Shown here piece by piece: positions 54,118 through 64,000 of a stretch of DNA of 64,000 bases. The position numbers were made by a program, and so were the translations under genes. How positions within the stretch are numbered: position 1 is the first letter of the stretch; each line of letters opens with the position of its first letter. The notes under the pieces were generated by a model that saw only the letters and a list, made by a program, of their open reading frames with translations, was not told the origin of the DNA and did not search any database. The stretch spans positions 1-64,000 of the forward strand of contig JBEUKZ010000127.1 in NCBI GenBank assembly GCA_048128005.1, given 5' to 3'. Origin of the DNA: Veleropilina oligotropha. Its lineage: Eukaryota.

Positions 54118-54677
54118 AACGTTATCTTGACGATATATTCATAATATGGGAACACACAGCGGATGACTATTGGGGTTTTTCGACGTGTTAAACAACCATG
54201 ACCCTAACATTAAACTTAAAGCAGAAATTAGTCAAGAATCAGTTAACTTTCTAGATGTGACCATTTATAAAGGTAAACGATTTGCAGACTCCAATTCTCT
54301 TGACTACAAAGTTTACTTTAAACCAACAGATACCCATGCGTTGTTACATGCCAAGTCGTTTCACCGCCGCATACTTTTGACGGTGTGGTTAAATCTCAAA
54401 TCATTCGTTCCATCGTAACTCTAGTGACATGAGTAACTTCAACGACGCCTGTCGCACATTATTTGAAGCACTAAAACCGCGAGGCTATTCGGCCCGCAAA
54501 CTACGTGAAATCAAATCTAAAACTTTGCGATATATCACATCAAATGCTAAAGAAAACCTCTTGAACTTCCAACCTGTTAAAATTGAACACGATAAAGAGA
54601 TTGTTGGCAACGGAAGCATTAACAAATGTGGTAAATCTCGTTGTAAAATAGACCAGTTCATTAACAATCGCTTGGAC
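54118..54677 (+). pseudogene. Penelope-like RT fragment (copy 2)
   Basis: Same 5' breakpoint as copy 1 (AAACGTTATCTTGACGAT; YLDD at 54123-54134) but different disabling changes. Confidence 0.9.
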
Positions 54678-55423
54678 ATCACTTGTATCAGTTTCAATGC
54701 CATGTTTCTCGTCGGTTCCCATAGCTTAGTCGGTAGAGCGCCTGGACGGAATTCAGGAGATCGTGGGTTCGAGTCCCGTCGGGATATATGACATTTTAAC
54801 TGATACACAAATTTCATGTTCTTAATATGATATGGAGAATGGCCGTAAACATCGATGCCAGTGCATTAATATATGTTGGTTAAAACAAAACCATGTTATG
54901 CCTCTCATATAATTGTCTAATAAATACATACAAGCCAGAGCCGACCGTTACTGGACATCACTTGTATCAGTTTCAATGCCATGTTTCTCGTCGGTTCCCA
55001 TAGCTTAGTCGGTAGAGCGCCTGGACGGAATTCAGGAGATCGCGGGTTCGAGTCCCATCAGGATATATGACATTTTAACTGATACACAAATTTCATGTTC
55101 TTAATATATGATATGGAGAATGGCCGTAAACATCGATGCCAGTGCGTTAATATATGTTGGTTAAAACAAAACCTTGATATGCCTCTCATATAATTGTCTA
55201 ATAAATACAGACAAGCCATAGCCGACCGTTACTGGACATCACTTGTATCAGTTTCAATGCCATGTTTCTCGTCGGTTCCCGTAGCTTAGTCGGTAGAGCG
55301 CCTGGACGGAATTCAGGAGATCGCGGGTTCGAGTCCCGTCGGGATATATGACATTTTAACTGATACACAAATTTCATGTTCTTAATATATGATATGGAGA
55401 ATGGCCGTAAACATCGATGCCAG
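54678..55423 (+). repeat. Second tRNA-like array (3 units, the last cut off by CR1)
   Basis: Units start at 54678, 54957 and 55238. Confidence 0.95.
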
Positions 55424-57282
55424 AAGATTCGTGAATTCCGAGATTCGCTATCGCAAGCAATGTTACCAATCCAAAATCATTTTATGCATATGTAAGGTCA
55501 AAACAAAAAACAAAAGATGTCGTAGGTCCATTGAAAGATGAAAAGGGTAATATAATGACTGATGATGCGGAAATATCAGAATCTTTGAATAACTACTTTG
55601 CATCCGTGTATACATTGGAGGATACCGCGAATTTGCCCCCAATAAAAGATATTTTTAAAGACATTGGTAACTTTTGTGAATCGGTTGAAATTACTCCTGC
55701 ACTGATTGAAAAAAAGATAGACCTCTTAAAGATAAACAAAGCCCCTGGCCCTGATAGTATATATTCCAAGTTTTTAAAAGTCGGAAAGCATGAATTGTTG
55801 AAGCCAATAGCAAATATATTCAGCAAATCACTTAGCGAAGGAAGATGCCAGATGATTGGAAAATTGGTAATATAACTCCTATATTTAAAAAGGGAAGTCG
55901 CTCTAGTGCACAAAATTATCGACCTGTTAGTCTAACATCAATAGTAGGCAAAATGATGGAATCTAGTTTAAAGGATGTTATATTAGACCATTTGAACAAA
56001 TATAGCTTGTTAAACACCAGTCAGCATGGATTTATGGAGAAACGATCATGTTTAACAAATCTTCTTGAATTCTTAGAGGATGTTACAAATGCAATAGATC
56101 ATGGCAAGCCGGTTGATATTATATATCTTGATTTTCAAAAAGCATTTGATAAGGTTCCACATAAACGACTAATACAAAAATTGAGTAATCATGGTATTAA
56201 AGGACCAATATTGACGTGGATAGAAATGTGGTTACAGAATAGAAAACAGAGAGTTGTTGTAAATGGGGTTAAGTCAAAATGGGAGAGTGTATTAAGTGGA
56301 GTCCCTCAAGGCTCGGTCTTGGGTCCATTGCTATTTCTAATCTACTTGAATGACATTGATGGCGCTATTACATCTCTAGTGAAAAAGTTTGCTGACGACA
56401 CTAAACTTTACAGAATAATAGAAACTGAACAAGATGCAAGGAAACTTCAGACCTATCTAAATAATCTGGTTAAGTGGTCCGATGACTGGCAAATGCTTTT
56501 CAATACAACCAAATGTAAGGTAATGCATGTGGGTCACAAAAACAAAAAATATTGTTATAAAATGGGAGGAGATGACCTAGAAGTAGTGACAAAAGAGAAA
56601 GATTTGGGTGTATGGATTGATAATTCACTGAAACCATCAAATCAATGTATCGAAGCAGCTAAAAAGGGAAACCAAATATTAGGAATGATAAAGCGTAATT
56701 TTACTTTTAAGTCAAAAGGCATCATAACACGTTTATACAAACAACTGGTTAGACCACATTTAGAATATGCGGTGCAAGCATGGAATCCATACCTCTCAAA
56801 GGATATCCAACTATTGGAACAAGTACAAAGGAGAGCCACAAAATTGGTAGGTGAAATCAGAGAGTTGACATATGAGGATAGGCTCAGAAGCCATGATCTT
56901 ACAACATTCACGTTGCGTAGGATAAGAGGTGACATGATTCAAGTATTTAAAATGTTTACAGGAAAAGACAATCTTGATATTAGTTATTTTTTCCAGTTGA
57001 ACCATAATAAAACAAGGGGGCATAAGTTCCAGATTTACAAAAAGAGGGTCAGGCTAGATGTTAGAAAATACTTTTTCTCAAACCGAGTTGTAGATGAGTG
57101 GAATGCCCTTCCTGTCAAGGTGGTGGAGTCCACATCAGTAAATCAATTTAAAAATCGTTTGGATGAGCACTTTAAGAGACAGGGAAGGCTATAGATGACC
57201 GAGCTACCAAAATGGGTTTTTATATGAGTTGCAGAAATGCACTTTCTAAACCCAAACAAATTCTATTTAAGTCTATTTAAGT
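55424..57282 (+). mobile_element. 5'-truncated CR1 LINE with complete RT domain (one frameshift near 55845)
   Basis: KAPGPD, NYRPVSLTS, QHGF, YLDFQKAFDKVPH, GVPQGSVLGP, FADDT and RPHLEY, with a (TCTATTTAAG)2 tail. Confidence 0.95.
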
Positions 57283-57289
57283 CAATGTC

Positions 57290-57640
57290 GGTAGTCTTGT
57301 GGCGATGTTGTAAGCCATCAATTCCTGTCGGCCGTACCGCAAAAATATGTTACCGTTCATCGTGTTTAGCGAGGTTGTTACACTTTCCGTCATACTCTGT
57401 TCCACAACGACAGTCTCCACACGAAATGCACTCGATTTTAGAATTATTTTCATCAATAATACATTCACAAACATTACACTCTCCGTAAATATCACAATTT
57501 GGTCCTGGGTGTTGCGATACGTCTCCAGATAATAATATTATAAGCACTGAGAAGTACATGACTTTGTTGACATGACGATCTATTGTTATTATCGTTGATC
57601 GCTTTTGTAGAGACAGACCAGTCACAGGGAAAAGTTTTAC
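57290..57640 (-). pseudogene. LINE ORF N-terminal remnant with 2A-like motif and PHD-like cysteines
   Basis: LIILLSGDVSQHPGP followed by C..C...CISC. This resembles the LLLSGDVExNPGP + PHD start of L2/CR1-group ORFs. Confidence 0.55.
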
Positions 57641-57645
57641 TTTAA

Positions 57646-58958
57646 AGGGCAGAACACATGTACCGCGCACGTCTCACGTATGTCGCACGTATGGGGTGCC
57701 GTTTTGCTATTTAATCGCTTTTGCGTGATATCACCCATTCACTGGGTGATATCACCCATTCAATGGGTGATATCACGCAGACGAATGAGTGATATCACTC
57801 ATTCGCAATTGAATGAGTGATATCACACAGTCGTCTGCGTGATATCACTTAGACGACTGAGTGATATCACATAGACGACTGTGTGATATCACACATTCGT
57901 TTGAATGAGTGATATCACACAAACGAATGAGTGATATCACTTAGACGGCTGCGTGTTATCACGCAGACGTCTGCGTGATATCACTCATTCGTTTGTTTAT
58001 GTGATATCACCTAGACGACTGCGTGATATCACGCAGACGACTGCGTGATATCACTCATTCGTTTGAATGGGTGATATCACCCAGTCTTCTATGTGATATC
58101 ACTTAGATGACTGCGTGATATCAGTTAGACGACTGCGTGATATCACGAAAACGATTAAATAGCAAAACGGCACCCCATACGCACGCACGTTAATTTGGCG
58201 CGCACGTTCAAGCGTCAAATCCGAAAACATGTGCTACGCACGTCACGCGCACGTCAAGCGCAAATAATATTAAATTGTACCTTATCCAATAAATGATTTC
58301 GTTTCTTCAGCCAATTATTTTGTCTCTTTCATTACCTTATATTTGAAATAAAATGGCCTTTAATTTGGTTACTTTTTTAAGGTTTTAACTGTCATATTTT
58401 TCAAGATATCGCAAATCAGAAATCGGTGCAATTTTTTTTGGGGGGATCACCCTGTACATCACTACATGGCATGCTATTGAATAATTAAAAATTCGATAAA
58501 TTATACGTGTACCTTCGATTTTGTCGATTTCCTGGTATGCGTTTGCTAGCTGTTGAGCATCGCGATGAGCTGGGTCTGTGACGTCGTATACAAATGTATA
58601 TTTCTCAACTTCATTAATCAACCTTTCATCGTCTAAGCTCTTCATTATTATTAGTCGCCTTTTTCTTTGACCCTTTCGACATTTTGTTTCATAAATACCA
58701 CGTGTTGTCTGTGCGAAGCGTGGTGGAAGCCCTTTCCGATTTTAACCTAAATTACGCCATCACAGGGAATCCTCTATGCGCAAATAAATCTCGCGCGCAG
58801 GAAAAGGTACCGGTAGCATTTCTGACGGACGGACGAAATTGTAGCTTGACGTGCTCGTGACGTGCGCGACTCATGTGTTCGTACAGACATAAAAGCACTA
58901 GTACCTTTTCTTGTGCGTGAACGTGCGCGTGACGTGCGCGACTCATGTGTTCTGCCCT
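57646..58958 (-). mobile_element. Non-autonomous Harbinger element carrying a MADF/Myb-SANT gene fragment
   Basis: TIRs AGGGCAGAACACATG / CATGTGTTCTGCCCT. The minus-strand peptide DDERLINEVEKYTFVYDVTDPAHRD...AYQEI (58385-58645) is MADF-like. Confidence 0.75.
57690..58179. mobile_element. MITE with 28-bp TIRs and ~20 internal GTGATATCAC palindromes
   Basis: TATGGGGTGCCGTTTTGCTATTTAATCG / CGATTAAATAGCAAAACGGCACCCCATA. Confidence 0.88.
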
Positions 58959-59139
58959 TAGCTAGAGCATATTCACCATAGTTCAGTTCCGTGCCGTCTT
59001 CGCATGCTCCAAGTCCAAGATCAGCTGGGTGTGTATCCTTCTAGACGGTTTTCGGAATGTTCGGAGGATAAAAACGATAAAAAAATTCTAAAACAAGGAC
59101 GAGCCTTAAAACACCGAGTACACCTTCCGCCATCTGTGT

Positions 59140-59245
59140 TGAGGGATGGCATATCGAGTGAAACAGGCCTATAACCAGGGTAATAATGTTCAGCGCATTG
59201 AGACAGCGTAATAATGCGCTATATAAGACCGGAGTATTATTATTA
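59140..59245 (+). mobile_element. SINE family B 3' fragment
   Basis: ATAACCAGGGTAATAATGTTCAGCGCATTGAGAC..GCGCTATATAAGACCGGAGTATTATTATT. Confidence 0.8.
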
Positions 59246-61988
59246 GATAATTATTTCATGATAATAGTACACATGCTCATTATGAAACATGGTCGAATAC
59301 TGATTAATTAAATAATTATTAATTGCAATTCACCGCAAACAAGCGTAATCATGCACTTTATTTCCCATATATTGTTGCAATCGAATTCAATCTTTGCTAA
59401 AACGTTTGGCCTCTGGATTGGGATATATACTTTACATGACCAATTGGCATTGATTAAATTCAGCGTAGCTTAGCTGGTTAGCATTCGAAAACCTTTTGCT
59501 TGGCGCACACTGTTCACGGATAGACGAGGATTCGCACTCTCTTCAATGAAAGCAGGCAGTAAGGCGATTAAATTTGAAGTCCAAATACATGTATGCGCGT
59601 GTGTCTGTCTCTCCCTGTGTCTATGTGAATTTATATGTATGTATGTATGCATTATACGTACACTTCTCTCTAATAGAGACCTGGCCGAAAGGTTGGTCCC
59701 AATATTTTGCAAAACGTTACATGTAGGACTACACGAAATTTATTGTAATCGTATCGAATCCTGCTGAACTGGCATTGAACCCAATGCTGCTGGAGTATAT
59801 GCCTAACCCTATACTATATATTACATGGGCCTTGGGGTCAGTGCTAGTTCAGCAGGGTTCGCTACCATTACAAACATTTCGTGTAGTCTCTCACGAAGGG
59901 TTCCTCAAAGCTGGAATCATGTCTTAAAATTTGAACCCATATTCCGAACGCATTTGAAAGTTAGGTGTTGGTTAGGGTCGACAGTTAATGTTATCAACAT
60001 CAGGTTCATTTTAGACATATCCACATTATCGTGTGAGGAATTCCTGGTACAACCAACACACGCCGACCAGTGGCTGTTATCTGAATAAAGAGTGCCCCGC
60101 CGAGGACCCACTTCGGTTAGATAATATATTTTGACGTAAAATATATACCGTATACCACGTAGGAATGTAGCAAATCGCACACCACATATTTGGAATCGCT
60201 AGTTCTAAATATTTTCTTATCGATTTTTCATCACGTTATATTACGTGAAACAAAATGTATCCGTTTGGTGTAGTAAATCGGTATGACTGATTTATCTATT
60301 CTGATCAATGAACAAACGAGTGTGCGAAATGACCGCTAATACTATAATACCATTGATGCCAGTTGGAAACCAACGATCGTTACGTACACCCGGTATTGTA
60401 CTGCATAAGAACATGATTCCAAATTCACTCGCCTGCCTGCTCTGGTTACGAGGAATGGGTTCGAATCCTCGCCTGGCCACTTTGTTCAATTAAAGATGAT
60501 TTCACTTTAGTCCCGTAAAGCGGGATTTAACGCCAATAAATCACTTTTTTATTTATTCTTTTTTATGCATAAAGTTACGCTGGATTAGAGATTATAATAT
60601 TCAGAAATAAAATATAAGATATGGTAATAAATGTTTAAAACATCGATATTGAATAAAAGACGAACGCCTTTTCTTCACGACGATCATTCACGTCGGTTTA
60701 ACCATATCGATAAACAATACATTATGTTTCAACTATGGCATATACAATACTTTAAAATTATTCGATACATATATTACTAATATTATGATATTGTAACATT
60801 AAAAAAATCGACTTGGAGGAAACATCAACGACTTTGGAGCAAATCCTCTCGATGCGAATTCACATTGGGGCGAAACTTGCAGTTGTATTCAATGGCTTCT
60901 ACCGATAACGCTAAATATGTCTATGACTGAAGCGCTCTTTAATAGTTATTGGAATACGTTATGCTGCATTTTTACTTTGCGAATCATCAAATGAATAGGT
61001 GATAAATACACACAGTACCCCATTTGTAGTTTTCTATCTAATATAAATTACGTAACGAAGCGGAATCAGCAAGATAATTTTTTCCGGACCAAAACAAATT
61101 GCGGGTAATATTAAAATGCGAACCGTCAGTGTGTGCGCGCGTCCCTCCGTAATAATTATCTTTTTTCCAGAGCGTATCTCATAAATCGCTCAACATATAT
61201 TTACAAAATTAGGTCGGTGTATTAAACCGTTGGTAATTTTAATGTTGTGTGGCGATTATTGACAGAGTTATTGCCCTTGTTGTTATTTAAGATAATTTTT
61301 ACGCGCGTATGCTCGGGTGGTCTGCATTTTACCCCCCCCCGCAATTTTTTGGGTAGGGAATAATTATCTTTAATTTAATTTGTTACTGAAGAAATAAAGT
61401 TTGTGTCTCGGAAATGTTGTATTGCCTTAAATTTCGGCAAATTGTTATTAACCTAGTAAAATTATCTAAATGTGGGGTGTGCGATTCTTTTTTGGTTGAG
61501 TATATTAGCAAGATTGCATTAGCTGTTCAAGACTGAAATCTATCATATTAATAAACCAATGTACCAATCATACCATTTTGTAATTAAAATAATGTGACAT
61601 ATAGTTTTTATTTCACGTAACAAACGATCACAGATCACTTTACATAATATATACATGCATCGCATTTTCAAATGTGTTCGTCGAGTTCAATCGATTTTAG
61701 GCTTTAAAAATCATATGCTTTTCATATTATAATTAAATGGGCACCTGCACGATCTACGGTGATAGGCTCCCACGTTTTCTCGCTCGAGGATGTACCCATT
61801 TATAAAACTCTTTCTCTGCGCGATATGTCGTGCTGTGGTTGAACCGCGCGGCACCCTTGGAGTTCTGCAAATAGCTTCAGCCTAGATTGAGAAAAAGTGG
61901 AAACCTGTCACGTTCCTCGCGGTTGATCCGTGAAATTGCCCCTTTAAGTATTAAATATTCTTCCAATGAATGTAAACTTTATTTGGAA

Positions 61989-63606
61989 TTATTCAAAATA
62001 TAACCCGTGAACCATGACAACGGCTGTCACCGTTTGATTGCTGTATGAAACTGTCGCATAATTGTCTGTGTCCAGATTCCAAACACATCGACTCGAAACG
62101 TGAACTCCTTGATCTTGCTTCTCCGCAAGGATGACGTTGCAGACGATTTTGTACCTTTCAAAAGCCATATCTTTCACTTTGGCTTTTATAATACTCACAA
62201 GATCAGTTGTCATGGATTTGCTGTATTCGGGTGAATATTTAAAGCGCCTGAGTCTGTTTTCCAGAATGTCGTGCACCATCTTTTCCACTCTTGTTGAATT
62301 AAATTGTTTGGTAGTATCTGGAGACAGCCTATAGGTATTTTCATATCGAATTTTTGGTTTAACCTCGATGGGCTTCCGTTGAAGGGCCAACCGTTTCCAT
62401 GCTCGAGTTGCTGCAACAACGCTGAATAAAGACATTTTGCTTTTTCCCAACCCTATTGCAGGCCCGAGGCTGGACCTTGTCGATTGCGACTCATTGAGAG
62501 TTGCTCCACTCAACGACGGAAATTTTCGCACAGGCATTTCACTCGTTTTTGAACCCTGAAAGGCAAGGAATATTGATAACATTACTTTAGACACGATGAT
62601 TCTCAGACTCATGTCTCCCTATCTCTCATCACATCTCCCTCCATCCTTCCTCCACTCTCTCACGCTCTTTTTTCACTTTCTCATTTATATATCCGCTTCC
62701 GACGAGTGAATGGTTAGCATGTCGGACACTCAACCGATGCTGGTTATAGGTGAGCCAGAGTTCTATTCATGTCGGCGGTTTATTCTATAGATAACTTAAA
62801 ATAATAGAAAGCATATAGGCTACCCTAATTGTCCATCATATCGAAGTGAGACTTTTAACCCGGTATATCCCGACTGCGATAAGACTGAAAAATGATCAAA
62901 AGTGATCGTATTGGCCGTTTCACACATACGCATAACCGAAACCGAATAAACATAAAATCTATAAATATGTACTATAGAGCTTTCGCACATGCACCTGAAA
63001 CGAAACCGTAAACGAACCGAATCGGTGCACGATTTCTATTTCTTCGGACTCGGTGACTTAAATTTAAAAAAAAAAAAAGTGATGCTTGTGTGTGACGCGT
63101 ATATGGGGCCAAAATATTTATCGTGAAAATGGTCTGCACCCATCCCAAAGTACGTAAAAACGCGATGTCTGTGGTGCTGTCTCAATTTTTCCGCGACAAT
63201 GGCTTCGTTAAGTTTCAGCTCTGTCGATCATGATATTCATTAATATCGTGCACCCATACAAGTCTTGCACGTCGTCTTCTTCTCAGAAACACACCATAGC
63301 ATATCACCATCGCAACTCTCGCATGCATCAACTATATTGCACTAGATTTAATTAAGTAAAGCAAGGATACGGTATAATCGGTGTCATTTGTGAAAGCACC
63401 ACCGAAACCGATTCGGTTTTCGGTTTCGGCTCGGGGTATGTGTGAAACGGCCTTAATATATATCAAACGGAACCTATCTAAATACTGCCTACACCCACCT
63501 CAATATTGTCCTTCGAGGTAGTGGACGTGCTTTTGGTGCTCTTGAATTTGGGATGGCTAGTGTCATGCTGCTTCAGCGCGTTCACTGTCAAATTGTCGCT
63601 TGCCAT
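61989..63606 (-). CDS. Tctex-1 domain dynein light chain protein (TCTEX1D1/DYNLT5-like), 224 aa; exons 63606-63499 and 62555-61989
   Basis: C-terminal Tctex-1 domain YENTYRLSP..RYKIVC..QGVHVSSRCVWNLDTDNYA..VHGLYFE. The upstream exon MASDNLTVNALKQH..NIE joins in phase 0 across a GT-AG intron. AATAAA lies on the minus strand at ~61607-61612. Confidence 0.88.
62913..63452. mobile_element. Harbinger-type MITE in the Tctex intron
   Basis: TIRs GGCCGTTTCACACATAC / GTATGTGTGAAACGGCC, with subterminal ACCGAA repeats. Confidence 0.8.
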
Positions 63607-63769
63607 CGTCAAAAGTAATCCTAAACATAACGTAAAAACTGCATCACTTCATTGTTTCGCAACAAATATACTAATATTAATTTTGCTCATGACATGTTCA
63701 TGCCCATTGAAGAGTCAACCATAAAGGATAAAGCTTAATTGCAACCCAAAATACTTTACAAAGCCACCA

Positions 63770-64000
63770 GGAAAAGGAAAAGAAAGAAATCGATGCTTAA
63801 TGTCCTGTATATTTCCAACCACCATTAGGTTCAAAGCAGGACATGTCCATATTATCGCGATATGAAAGCCCGGGAAAACCCACTTTCTCCGATCAGTTAA
63901 GGAAAACTGTGACTCATAACTTGAACAAATAATGTCATGGTTCAACTGAGGTTCGAACCCAATTCTGTTCGTGTCAGCGGAATCAAGCCAGTGATTTTTC
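63770..64000 (-). mobile_element. SINE family A copy (runs off the window)
   Basis: GATGCTTAATGTCCTGTATATTT..AGCGGAATCAAGCCAGTGA is homologous to 774-1021. Confidence 0.85.

Noticed and set aside
43501..55423. Cluster of functional tRNA-Ser(GGA) genes
   Set aside because: No U33, a broken acceptor-stem top and no long variable arm. G34 Ser tRNAs are not the normal eukaryotic isoacceptor.
57720..58150. Mini CRISPR-like repeat-spacer pattern
   Set aside because: Spacers are short and reused, and the region is bounded by MITE TIRs.
59825..60493. Short ORFs and a lone B-box (GGTTCGAATCC at ~60458)
   Set aside because: No recognisable protein motif and no complete cloverleaf; probably a SINE remnant.

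Overview
Repeat-rich animal (probably marine invertebrate) genomic DNA with spliceosomal introns; the species cannot be determined from the sequence. Two host genes are visible. (1) A five-exon iodothyronine-deiodinase-like selenoprotein (+, 1717-8329) has an in-frame UGA in a GSRS-U-PP motif and a candidate SECIS in its 3' UTR. The ORF track breaks it into pieces. (2) A two-exon Tctex-1-domain dynein light chain gene (-, 61989-63606). The rest is mostly mobile DNA: an ISL2EU-type THAP-DDE/YqaJ transposon full of nested MITEs, a hAT element, Academ-like remnants, CR1, L2 and Crack/Daphne-like LINEs, two SINE families, Helentron-type repeats and several minisatellites. A Penelope-type terminus with a minimal hammerhead ribozyme opens the window. 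The most unusual structure is at 42940-55423. A Penelope-like RT fragment starting at its YLDD motif is fused to 35 tandem 279-288 bp units. Each unit holds a tRNA-like cloverleaf (A/B boxes, T4 terminator) inside a longer hairpin and ends in AATAAA-TACATAC. The same RT-plus-array module then restarts after a (TACA)n tract. All calls come from manual reading; no searches were run.
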